NCBI GenBank assembly: GCA_947624995.1
Contig: CANQMS010000006.1
Coordinates: 11,393 to 75,392 of the forward strand
Source: an uncultured Clostridia bacterium
GTDB taxonomy: Bacteria; Bacillota; Clostridia; Oscillospirales; CAG-272
Length of the DNA: 64,000 bases
Reading direction: 5' to 3'
The notes below the pieces were generated by a model. That model did not search any database and was not told the DNA's origin. It saw nothing but the letters and a program-made list of their open reading frames with translations. Shown piece by piece: positions 56,606 through 64,000 of the stretch (within the stretch, counting starts at the first letter, position 1; each line of letters begins with the position of its first letter). Both the position numbers and the translations under genes were made by a program.

Positions 56606-57532
56606 TTATTTTTCCCTTATTCTGTTGTCGCCGTCGATATATGCCGTGGCTGAACGGGTGTTCAGGTCGGCGACGGTGCCGTCCGCGTCGCTGCCGGACA
56701 AAAGCCTGCCGCCGGAGCAGGGGAAAAGGCGGACGACGGGAGTTATCCCGACGGCGAACGTCACGGTTATCACCGCGCCGTCGCCGGGACCGTATATGAC
56801 GGGCGTGCCGCCGATGTATTCCGGCGCGGCGGACGGACCGCGGCATATCACGACGTCGGCGCCGCTCGCGGCGGCGACGGCGGCGCTGTCCGCGCCGTCT
56901 GCTACGGCGAGCACGGCATCCGCGCGCGCGGCGGCGTCTTCAGCGGCGGACGCCGGGCAGACGGCGAACTTTATCCCGCCGGAGATGTAGTACCGCGCAT
57001 CCGGCACACCGTCTGTGTCGGGGGTGAGGGTCACGTCGGCGCTTCCGTCCGCCGCGGGGAGGGCAGCGGTCGAGGCGACGGCGACGACGGTTTTGTGCGT
57101 GTCATAGACGTCACCGAGAAACGTGACGCCGGCATCGGCGCCCTTGTAGATGTCGTAAAGCACCGGTAGCGTGATGCCAGTCAGGACCTCCCACATCCTG
57201 TCGCTGTAACCGGAGGCGGATATGTACCGCCGCGCGGCGGCTGAAAATCCGCCGTCCGGGAAGAGGCGCGCGTTTTCCGAGCAGAATTTTATAAATCCGC
57301 GGTCGAGGGGAAATTTCGAGTCCGCCTCGAGGATAGAGTCGTATACGAACGCGTCCGTGTCGGAATATCTGATGCCGCCGGGGAGCGCGCTGTCGGCGGG
57401 GGAATCCTCCATCGGCGAAAGAAACGCCGAGGCGGCGCGCGGGTGAAGGCTGAAGACCGCCGTGAACGCGAGCGCGACGAGGAGTACGGCGGCGACCGCG
57501 CGCGTCAGCGCCGCCTCGCGCCTCCCGGTCAC
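56606..57532 (-). CDS. hypothetical exported protein with degenerate CapA-like C-terminus
   Basis: N-terminal TM/signal; GADVVICRGP..PEYIGGTPVIYGPGD resembles the CapA C-terminal motif without its His residues. Confidence 0.5.
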   Translation of the reverse strand: MTGRREAALTRAVAAVLLVALAFTAVFSLHPRAASAFLSPMEDSPADSALPGGIRYSDTDAFVYDSILEADSKFPLDRGFIKFCSENARLFPDGGFSAAARRYISASGYSDRMWEVLTGITLPVLYDIYKGADAGVTFLGDVYDTHKTVVAVASTAALPAADGSADVTLTPDTDGVPDARYYISGGIKFAVCPASAAEDAAARADAVLAVADGADSAAVAAASGADVVICRGPSAAPEYIGGTPVIYGPGDGAVITVTFAVGITPVVRLFPCSGGRLLSGSDADGTVADLNTRSATAYIDGDNRIREK

Positions 57533-58386
57533 GTCCGCCTCCCGTCGCGGCGCGGCAGGAACCCCTCAAATATTACGCAGTCGCAGTCGGGGGCGGCGAG
57601 CCTGTACGCGTCCGCGTCGCGGACGGTCCAGAGCGCCGTCGGCATACGGAGCAGGCGGCGCCACGCGCGGTACGCGGGCGCGTCCGTGTGCTTGCAGTTG
57701 TAGGCGACGAAATCGGGTCTGCCGACGACGTTCATGAGCAGGTTTTCGAGCATGAAGAGCGCGGCGCCGTTCTTTCTGTGCTTGCCGCGCGTGAAGAAGC
57801 GCTCGGCGAGCTGCCCGCGGTAGACGGACGGCTCGTGCTTTTTGTACCAGCCGACGACATAGGGATTGAAGGATTCAATGCAGTATTCGCCGCGGTAGCG
57901 CGAGAGCGTCGCGGAGACGGCGAGGCAGAGCGGCGACGGGTCGACGCGCGGCTCGCATTTCAGCTCGATTATGAGCGGGACGCGCCCCGAGACGAGGGAG
58001 AGCACGTCCGAGAAGCGCGGCGGGGATTCCGCGCCGCCGAGCAGCCGGACGGAAAAGATCTCGTCCGAGGTCATTTCCGTTATGTTGCGGTCAAGACCGC
58101 ACATCCGCTTCATGTTTTCGTCGTGGAAGACGAAGAGCTCCCCGTCCGCCGAGAGGTGAACGTCGAGCTCGATGCCGAAGCCGTGCTCTACCGCGCGGTG
58201 GAACGCGGGCATCGAGTTTTCGGGCGCCTCGGGCGTTTTGTTCGAATAGAGCCCGCGGTGCGCGTACAGCCCGCGGAAGCGGAAGCCGGTCGGGTGGCGG
58301 CGGCGACCGGAGATCAGGAACAGAAATACTGCGAAGAGCAGGAGCAGCGCGAAGATGCACGCCGCGAAAATTATCAGCGCGGTCAT
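57529..58386 (-). CDS. glycerophosphodiester phosphodiesterase family protein
   Basis: AHRGL, PENS, IELDVHLSADG..VFHD, IELK, SFNP and WTV motifs. Confidence 0.92.
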   Translation of the reverse strand: MTALIIFAACIFALLLLFAVFLFLISGRRRHPTGFRFRGLYAHRGLYSNKTPEAPENSMPAFHRAVEHGFGIELDVHLSADGELFVFHDENMKRMCGLDRNITEMTSDEIFSVRLLGGAESPPRFSDVLSLVSGRVPLIIELKCEPRVDPSPLCLAVSATLSRYRGEYCIESFNPYVVGWYKKHEPSVYRGQLAERFFTRGKHRKNGAALFMLENLLMNVVGRPDFVAYNCKHTDAPAYRAWRRLLRMPTALWTVRDADAYRLAAPDCDCVIFEGFLPRRDGRRT

Positions 58387-58389
58387 GGC

Positions 58390-59667
58390 TCAGTCGTTGT
58401 CGGCGAACGCCTCGAGCTTCGAGGCGGAAGCGGCGGGCTTCGAGTCGCCGTGGCGGACGAAGCACATCGTTACAAACGAGAGGACGACGAACACGGTCGC
58501 GTACGGGAAGAAGACCTCGCGCATCCCGAAGATGTCCATCAGGTAGCCGGAGAGTATCGGGGTGACGACCTGCGCCGCCATCGACGCCGTGTAGTAAAAG
58601 CCGGTGTATTTGCCCGTGTCCCCTGACGAGGCGAGCTCAACGACCATCGGGAACGAATTTACGTTGATCGTTGCCCAGCCGATCCCGGCGAGAACGAAGA
58701 ATATGTCCATGATTATGACGGAGGTGCCGCGCTCGATGAAGCTCGCGCCGAAGAATGCGGCGGCGAGGATCGCGACGCCGGCGAGAATGGATTTTTTGCG
58801 TCCGATCTTAGAGGCGATCATGCCGACGGGGATGTATGTCACGACGGCGGCGGCGTTCGCGAGCAGCAGCGTCGTCGAATACGAGACGCCGATGACGTCC
58901 GTCGCGTAGACGGAATATTTGGACGTGACCGCGTTATATCCTATGTACCAGAGCGCGACGGAGGCGAGGATGAAGAGCAGCGAGACGAACTGCCCGCGCG
59001 AGAGCTTTCCGCCCTCGGTTCGTTCTTCCGCCTCGGTGTCGAGGTGATATTTTTCCGTTTCAGCTTCCATTTCCGCCGCCCACTTCCGCTCGCGGACCGT
59101 GAGAATGAAGACGGCGAGCGCCGCCAGCATTATGACGGAGACGGTGATCATGTAGAGCGAGAAATCAGTTTTGCCCTCCTCGCTCGTTTTGAAGACTGTC
59201 GCAAGGATGAGGATGATCATTCCTCCGGCGGTGCCCATCAGATTTATTATCGCGTTGCCCTTTGAGCGGAGCGGCTTCACGGTGACGTCCGGCATGAGCG
59301 CGACCGCGGGCGAGCGGAACGTCGCCATCGCGAGCAGGGAGGCGAGCAGTATGCCGATGAAGAGCGGCAGCGTGTCCGCGAATCCGAGCGCGGAGAAGGC
59401 GATCGCCGCGGCAACCGTCCCGCCGAGGATAAACGGCGTGCGCCTGCCGAACCGCGTCGAGAGCCGGTCGGAAACGTTGCCGAAGATGGGGAGGAGAAAT
59501 ACGGCGAAAATGTTGTCGAGCGACATTATTATGCCCGACGTCCCCTGCGAGAGTTCGAATTTGTTCGTTAATATGAGCGGCACTATCGTGTCGTACGCCT
59601 GCCAGAAGGCGGAAATGAGAAAAAACGCAAAGCCTACAAGCACAGTCCGTTTGTAGTTCAGCTTCAT
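58390..59667 (-). CDS. MFS transporter (GPH/SLC45-like)
   Basis: About 12 TM segments; SDRLSTRFGRRTPF, RSPAVALMPD and NVNSFPMV motifs. Confidence 0.88.
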   Translation of the reverse strand: MKLNYKRTVLVGFAFFLISAFWQAYDTIVPLILTNKFELSQGTSGIIMSLDNIFAVFLLPIFGNVSDRLSTRFGRRTPFILGGTVAAAIAFSALGFADTLPLFIGILLASLLAMATFRSPAVALMPDVTVKPLRSKGNAIINLMGTAGGMIILILATVFKTSEEGKTDFSLYMITVSVIMLAALAVFILTVRERKWAAEMEAETEKYHLDTEAEERTEGGKLSRGQFVSLLFILASVALWYIGYNAVTSKYSVYATDVIGVSYSTTLLLANAAAVVTYIPVGMIASKIGRKKSILAGVAILAAAFFGASFIERGTSVIIMDIFFVLAGIGWATINVNSFPMVVELASSGDTGKYTGFYYTASMAAQVVTPILSGYLMDIFGMREVFFPYATVFVVLSFVTMCFVRHGDSKPAASASKLEAFADND

Positions 59668-59880
59668 ATATTTATCCGGCTCCTTTCGCCGCCCGCCGGC
59701 ATATATGCGGCGGGAGACTGAAATAATATAAGGTGAAGACGGAATGCATCAGTTTTCAATGAATTTTACTCGAAGCATCATACAGTCTTCACATATTAAA
59801 ATTATAATCGAAACACAAAGTAAAAACAAGTGCAAAACGAAAAGTTCCGCATAATTTGTTAAAGGCGAGGTCAAAAGAAC

Positions 59881-61320
59881 ATGGCTGACTATATTTACAA
59901 TAACGAAGACAACAACAGCAGCAGCAACAACAGCAGCAGCGGCGGAAACGAAAACGGCGTGCGTCCGGAGAACAATGACGTGAGGCGCGACGGCAATAGC
60001 AACAGCGCCGGCAGTAGCGCCGGCTACGGCGGATATAACGGCGGCTACGGCGGATATCAGTATACATCGAATCCGTATAACTACGGCTACGGACAGCCGA
60101 CGCCTCCGCAGCCCCCGAAGAAGCACGGCGGCAAAACGGCGCTCATCGTCGTGACCATAATCGTCGCGACGGTGCTGCTCGCGACCGCGGCGGGCGTCGG
60201 CGGATATTTCCTCACGCTGAACAGAGACGACATCGCGGATGGCGAAGACGTCGGCAATGTCGGCGGCGATGAAACCGGCGCACCTGTCGAAGGCACGCCG
60301 CAGGGCAAGGACCCGTCCACGGGCGTCGTCATCGCACCCGATTCTCTCGGGACGAAGGACAAGGGCACGATCGCGGACGTCGTTAAGAAAACGGCTGACT
60401 CCGTTGTCGAGATCACGACCGAATACGCGACGAGCAACAGCTTTTACTATACGTACGGCGCGGGCAGCGGCGTCATCATAAACGAGAACGGATATATCAT
60501 CACGAACAACCACGTAATAACCGGCGACACCGGCACGGCGACCTCGATACACGTCAGGCTGACGAACGGGGACTCGTATGACGCAGAAGTCGTCGGCGCC
60601 GACTCCGATTCCGATATCGCCGTGCTAAAGATAGATGCCAAGGGGCTCACCGCGGCGACGATCGGCACGAGCTCCACGCTCGTCGTCGGCGAAGAGGTCA
60701 TCGTGATCGGCAACCCGCTCGGAACGCTCGGCGGCTCCGTCTCGAACGGAATCATCAGCGCGCTAGACCGCGAGATCACGGTCGAGGATGAGACGATGAA
60801 CCTGATGCAGACGAACGCGGCTGTCAACCCCGGCAACTCGGGCGGCGGCATGTTTAACATGGCGGGCGAGCTCGTCGGCATCGTCAACGCGAAGTATTCC
60901 GAGACGGGCATCGAGGGGCTCGGGTTCGCGATCCCGATCGACGACGCCACGGTCGTTGCGAATGAGATACTCGAATACGGATATGTGCGCGGTCGCGCAT
61001 CCTTCCACATCACCGTCCTCAGCGTCAACTCGATCGAGGACATGATGAGATACCGTGTGAACGCAGTCGGACTGTATGTGGCTGAGACCGAGGATGGCTA
61101 TAACGACGACGTCCTCCAGAGCGGCGACAGATTCGTAGAGGTGGACGGCTCGGAGATCATTGACCTTGCCGACCTCAAGGCGGTGCTCAAGCGGCACAGC
61201 GTCGGAGACGTGCTCGACGCAACGGTCATGAGGGGCGGCAGGAGCGTCCGCGTCAAGCTCACCTGCTATGAAAAAATGACGGGTGACGTCAATTTCGAAG
61301 GCAACGAAGCGGATGAATAA
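59881..61320 (+). CDS. htrA: HtrA/DegP-family serine protease with PDZ domain
   Basis: GSGVII, ITNNHV, DIAVLK, NPGNSGG and C-terminal PDZ; N-terminal low-complexity tail and TM helix. Confidence 0.92.
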   Translation: MADYIYNNEDNNSSSNNSSSGGNENGVRPENNDVRRDGNSNSAGSSAGYGGYNGGYGGYQYTSNPYNYGYGQPTPPQPPKKHGGKTALIVVTIIVATVLLATAAGVGGYFLTLNRDDIADGEDVGNVGGDETGAPVEGTPQGKDPSTGVVIAPDSLGTKDKGTIADVVKKTADSVVEITTEYATSNSFYYTYGAGSGVIINENGYIITNNHVITGDTGTATSIHVRLTNGDSYDAEVVGADSDSDIAVLKIDAKGLTAATIGTSSTLVVGEEVIVIGNPLGTLGGSVSNGIISALDREITVEDETMNLMQTNAAVNPGNSGGGMFNMAGELVGIVNAKYSETGIEGLGFAIPIDDATVVANEILEYGYVRGRASFHITVLSVNSIEDMMRYRVNAVGLYVAETEDGYNDDVLQSGDRFVEVDGSEIIDLADLKAVLKRHSVGDVLDATVMRGGRSVRVKLTCYEKMTGDVNFEGNEADE

Positions 61321-61481
61321 GCGCCGCGTCCCGGCGGCTTTTCGGGGGCGCCCTATGACGGGCGCCCCCGATTTGGGAAAAAGCGCGATTTTTCTCCCGA
61401 AAAATCGCGGCGGGACTTGATTCTCCCTTTTCCCGGTCATATAATAATGTGGAGAGATGTTTGTAAGGAGAGGTTTTGACG

Positions 61482-62186
61482 ATGTACAAGATCCTTGTTG
61501 TCGACGACGAAGAGCGCATCAGGCGAATGATCTGCAAATATGCCGCTTTTGAGGGGCACAAGACCGAGGAGGCGGCGGACGGCATCGGCGCCATCGAGAT
61601 GGCGCGCCGCGGCGACTTCGATATACTTATAATAGATATAATGATGCCGGAGCTCGACGGGTTCTCCGCCTGCCGCGAGATCAGAAAATTCTCGGACACG
61701 CCGATAATCATGCTGTCCGCGCGCGGCGAGGAATACGACAAGATAAACGGATTTGAGCTCGGCATCGACGACTATGTGATAAAGCCGTTCTCGCCGAAGG
61801 AGCTGATGCTCCGCATCGACGCGATCATGAAGCGGTACCGCCGCGGGACAGGGGCGCAGGCTCCGACCGCGGATGACGCGCCGAAGCACGAGATCTTCGA
61901 GCTCGGCGGGCTGCGCGCCGACCTGACCGCCCGCATCGTGTACTGCGACGGCGAGCGCGTCGATATGTCGCCGAAGGAGTATGAGCTGTTCTTCTATATG
62001 CTCAAGAACCGCAATATCGCGCTCTCTCGCGAAAAGCTGATCTCAGAGGTTTGGGGCTACGACTTTTACGGGGACGACAGGACGCTTGACACGCACATCA
62101 AGCTCCTGCGCCGCAGCCTCGGGCAGTACGCGTCACATATCGTGACGCTGCGCGGCGTCGGTTACAGGTTCGACACCGAAAAATGA
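61482..62186 (+). CDS. OmpR-family response regulator
   Basis: ILVVDDE, IIDIMMP, KPF and DTHIKLLR motifs. Confidence 0.95.
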   Translation: MYKILVVDDEERIRRMICKYAAFEGHKTEEAADGIGAIEMARRGDFDILIIDIMMPELDGFSACREIRKFSDTPIIMLSARGEEYDKINGFELGIDDYVIKPFSPKELMLRIDAIMKRYRRGTGAQAPTADDAPKHEIFELGGLRADLTARIVYCDGERVDMSPKEYELFFYMLKNRNIALSREKLISEVWGYDFYGDDRTLDTHIKLLRRSLGQYASHIVTLRGVGYRFDTEK

Positions 62187-63697
62187 AAGACGGCAAAATG
62201 CGCCGCGGAGGCGGCGTCAAAACGAAGATAGTGCTGTATCTCGTTTTGTTCGTGCTCTTTGTGATAGGGCTACTATGGGTCCTGCAGATATTCCTGCTCG
62301 ACAGGATATACAGCGCGATAGTGGAGAACACGCTCTACCGCTCGAGCGAGACGATACTGCACGATATCGACGATGCGGACGGGCTTGCGGAAACGGTGCG
62401 GTACATCTCGCAGGAATATGAAATGTGCATCTCCGTTTTCAAGTTCGACGAGGAGAGGACGGGGCGCTCGATAGCGGATTCGCACATCAATTCGAGCTGC
62501 CTCCTTCACAGCATAAACGATGATGCGCTCTCCGCATACTATATGAGTGCGCGGGAGGCGGAGAACGGGATATACGTCCACAAGGTCGCGCTGAAGGCGT
62601 TCGGAAGACCCGGGTACTCGGCGCGCCCGAGCTCGTCGCTCCCGGACTCGGTCATATATACGCGCGCGGTCAAGATGGCGGACGGCGCGGACGCCGTCAT
62701 ATTCCTGAACTGCGACATGACGCCCGTGGCGGCAACGGTGCGGACGTTAACGGTCATGCTCGTGTTCATCTCGGTCATCACGCTGACGCTCGCGATAGCG
62801 CTCGCGTACTTTATCGCGTGGCGCGTGTCGGCGCCGATAGCGGACGTGAACCGCGAGGCGAAAAAGCTCGTCAACAACAAATACGACGGCAGAAACGTCC
62901 GCCGCGGCTACCGCGAGATAAACGAGCTGTCCGAAACGCTGACGTATGCGGCGCGCGAGCTTTCAAAGGTGGACAGGATGCAGAAGGAGCTCATCGCGAA
63001 CATCTCGCACGACCTGCGCACCCCGCTCACGCTGATAGAGGGCTACACCGAGATGATGCGCGACATTCCGGGCGAGAACTCGCCCGAAAACATGCAGGTC
63101 GTCATCGACGAAACGAAGCGCCTGTCGACGCTCGTTTCAGACCTGCTCGAGCTGTCGCGGCTCGAAACGGGCAAGCAGACGATATATCCCGCGGTGTTCG
63201 ACCTCGGCGAGGCGCTGCGCGACACGGTCAGCAGGGTCATGAAGCTTTACGAGCCGGACGGGTACCGCGTTATCCTGAACGAGGCGGGAGACGTCTACGT
63301 TAACGCCGACAAAACAAGAATACTTCAGGTGCTCTATAATCTCATCGGAAACGCTGTCAGCTACACGGGCGAGGACAAGACCGTCACCGTCGACGAGACG
63401 GTTCGCGATGGTGTTGTCCGCGTGTCGGTGACGGACACGGGAGAGGGGATCTCGAAGGAGGACCTGCCGCTCATCTGGGACAGGTACTACAAGGTCGAGG
63501 GAACGCACCGCCGCGGCGTCGGCGGCTCGGGACTCGGGCTGTCGATAGTGAAGGAGATCCTCGTTCTGCACGGGGCGAAGTTCGGCGTTTCGAGCGAGCC
63601 CGGGCACGGGAGCACGTTCTGGTTTGAGCTGCCCGTCGCCGAAAACAGGCAGCAGCCTGCGGGGAGCTCTTCCCCGCGACCGGAAAATTATGAATGA
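62183..63697 (+). CDS. HAMP-domain sensor histidine kinase
   Basis: Two TM helices; SHDLRTPL, NLIGNA, DTGEGI and GSGLGL motifs. Confidence 0.94.
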   Translation: MKDGKMRRGGGVKTKIVLYLVLFVLFVIGLLWVLQIFLLDRIYSAIVENTLYRSSETILHDIDDADGLAETVRYISQEYEMCISVFKFDEERTGRSIADSHINSSCLLHSINDDALSAYYMSAREAENGIYVHKVALKAFGRPGYSARPSSSLPDSVIYTRAVKMADGADAVIFLNCDMTPVAATVRTLTVMLVFISVITLTLAIALAYFIAWRVSAPIADVNREAKKLVNNKYDGRNVRRGYREINELSETLTYAARELSKVDRMQKELIANISHDLRTPLTLIEGYTEMMRDIPGENSPENMQVVIDETKRLSTLVSDLLELSRLETGKQTIYPAVFDLGEALRDTVSRVMKLYEPDGYRVILNEAGDVYVNADKTRILQVLYNLIGNAVSYTGEDKTVTVDETVRDGVVRVSVTDTGEGISKEDLPLIWDRYYKVEGTHRRGVGGSGLGLSIVKEILVLHGAKFGVSSEPGHGSTFWFELPVAENRQQPAGSSSPRPENYE

Positions 63698-63741
63698 TAA
63701 ATGAAAAAACGGGACCGTCCGGTCCCGTTTTTTCATTTATC
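63696..63741. terminator. bidirectional terminator
   Basis: GATAAATGAAAAAACGGGACC-GTCC-GGTCCCGTTTTTTCATTTATC. Confidence 0.85.
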
Positions 63742-63772
63742 GTTTCCGTTTTTGCATTTGCAGCCGGTCATT

Positions 63773-64000
63773 TTACCGGTCGCCGCCGCGCGTTCCGTCA
63801 GTACCGATGCCGAGATCGGGGTCGACGGAGTTTTCCGAGCCGCGGTTCATGCCGTCCGTAACGTCACCGCCGTTAACGTCGTCGTTCGGGTCAAGTACGC
63901 CGCCGTTGTCGCCGGTGCCGTCTGTCATGTCACCGTTGCCGATGTCATCTGTCATGTCACCGATGCCGATGTCATCTGTCATGTCACCGTCCCCGATGTT
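63773..64000 (-). CDS. acidic Gly/Asp-rich low-complexity protein (5' partial)
   Basis: Frame is open to the window end; GDMTDDIG(N/I) repeats. Confidence 0.6.
   Translation of the reverse strand, partial: NIGDGDMTDDIGIGDMTDDIGNGDMTDGTGDNGGVLDPNDDVNGGDVTDGMNRGSENSVDPDLGIGTDGTRGGDR
63921..64000. repeat. 27-bp tandem repeat, at least 3 units
   Basis: TCTGTCATGTCACCG(TTG/ATG/TCC)CCGATGT(C/T) units starting at 63921, 63948 and 63975. Confidence 0.9.

Overview
A GC-rich chromosomal window from a Gram-positive Clostridia-type bacterium (Bacillota), inferred from the mreBCD-pbp2 cluster, TepA, PduL, a sortase-anchored protein and sigma-A promoters. It holds about 62 genes, mostly housekeeping: EF-G2, GH36 alpha-galactosidase, fba, feoAB, thiI, zapA, dut, maf, mreBCD, nth, pncB, ruvX, rplM-rpsI, uppP, pgk-tpiA and htrA. 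It also has two two-component systems, a RelB-ParE toxin-antitoxin pair, an ECF sigma/anti-sigma pair and a probable 6S RNA. I saw no CRISPR array, transposase, integrase, tRNA or rRNA. The main unexplained signal is a dispersed family of nine intergenic elements of about 55-60 bp (one expanded). Each has a 16-20 bp purine/pyrimidine hairpin, then a 7-9 nt pyrimidine linker, then an invariant TTCAAA plus a T-run. Stem sequences differ between copies but stay paired. The linker mirrors the 3' stem arm and changes with it, which is the geometry of an intramolecular triple helix. Eight of nine copies lie just after a stop codon in the sense orientation, and two loci carry inverted doublets. Other notable items: a leader-peptide attenuator upstream of an ABC transporter, a self-sequestered 17-codon mini-gene, a PfkB kinase lacking its catalytic Asp, a roughly 36-aa insertion in PGK, and a frameshifted cell-wall-anchored EEP phosphodiesterase. 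All calls come from motif recognition by eye; no database search was run.
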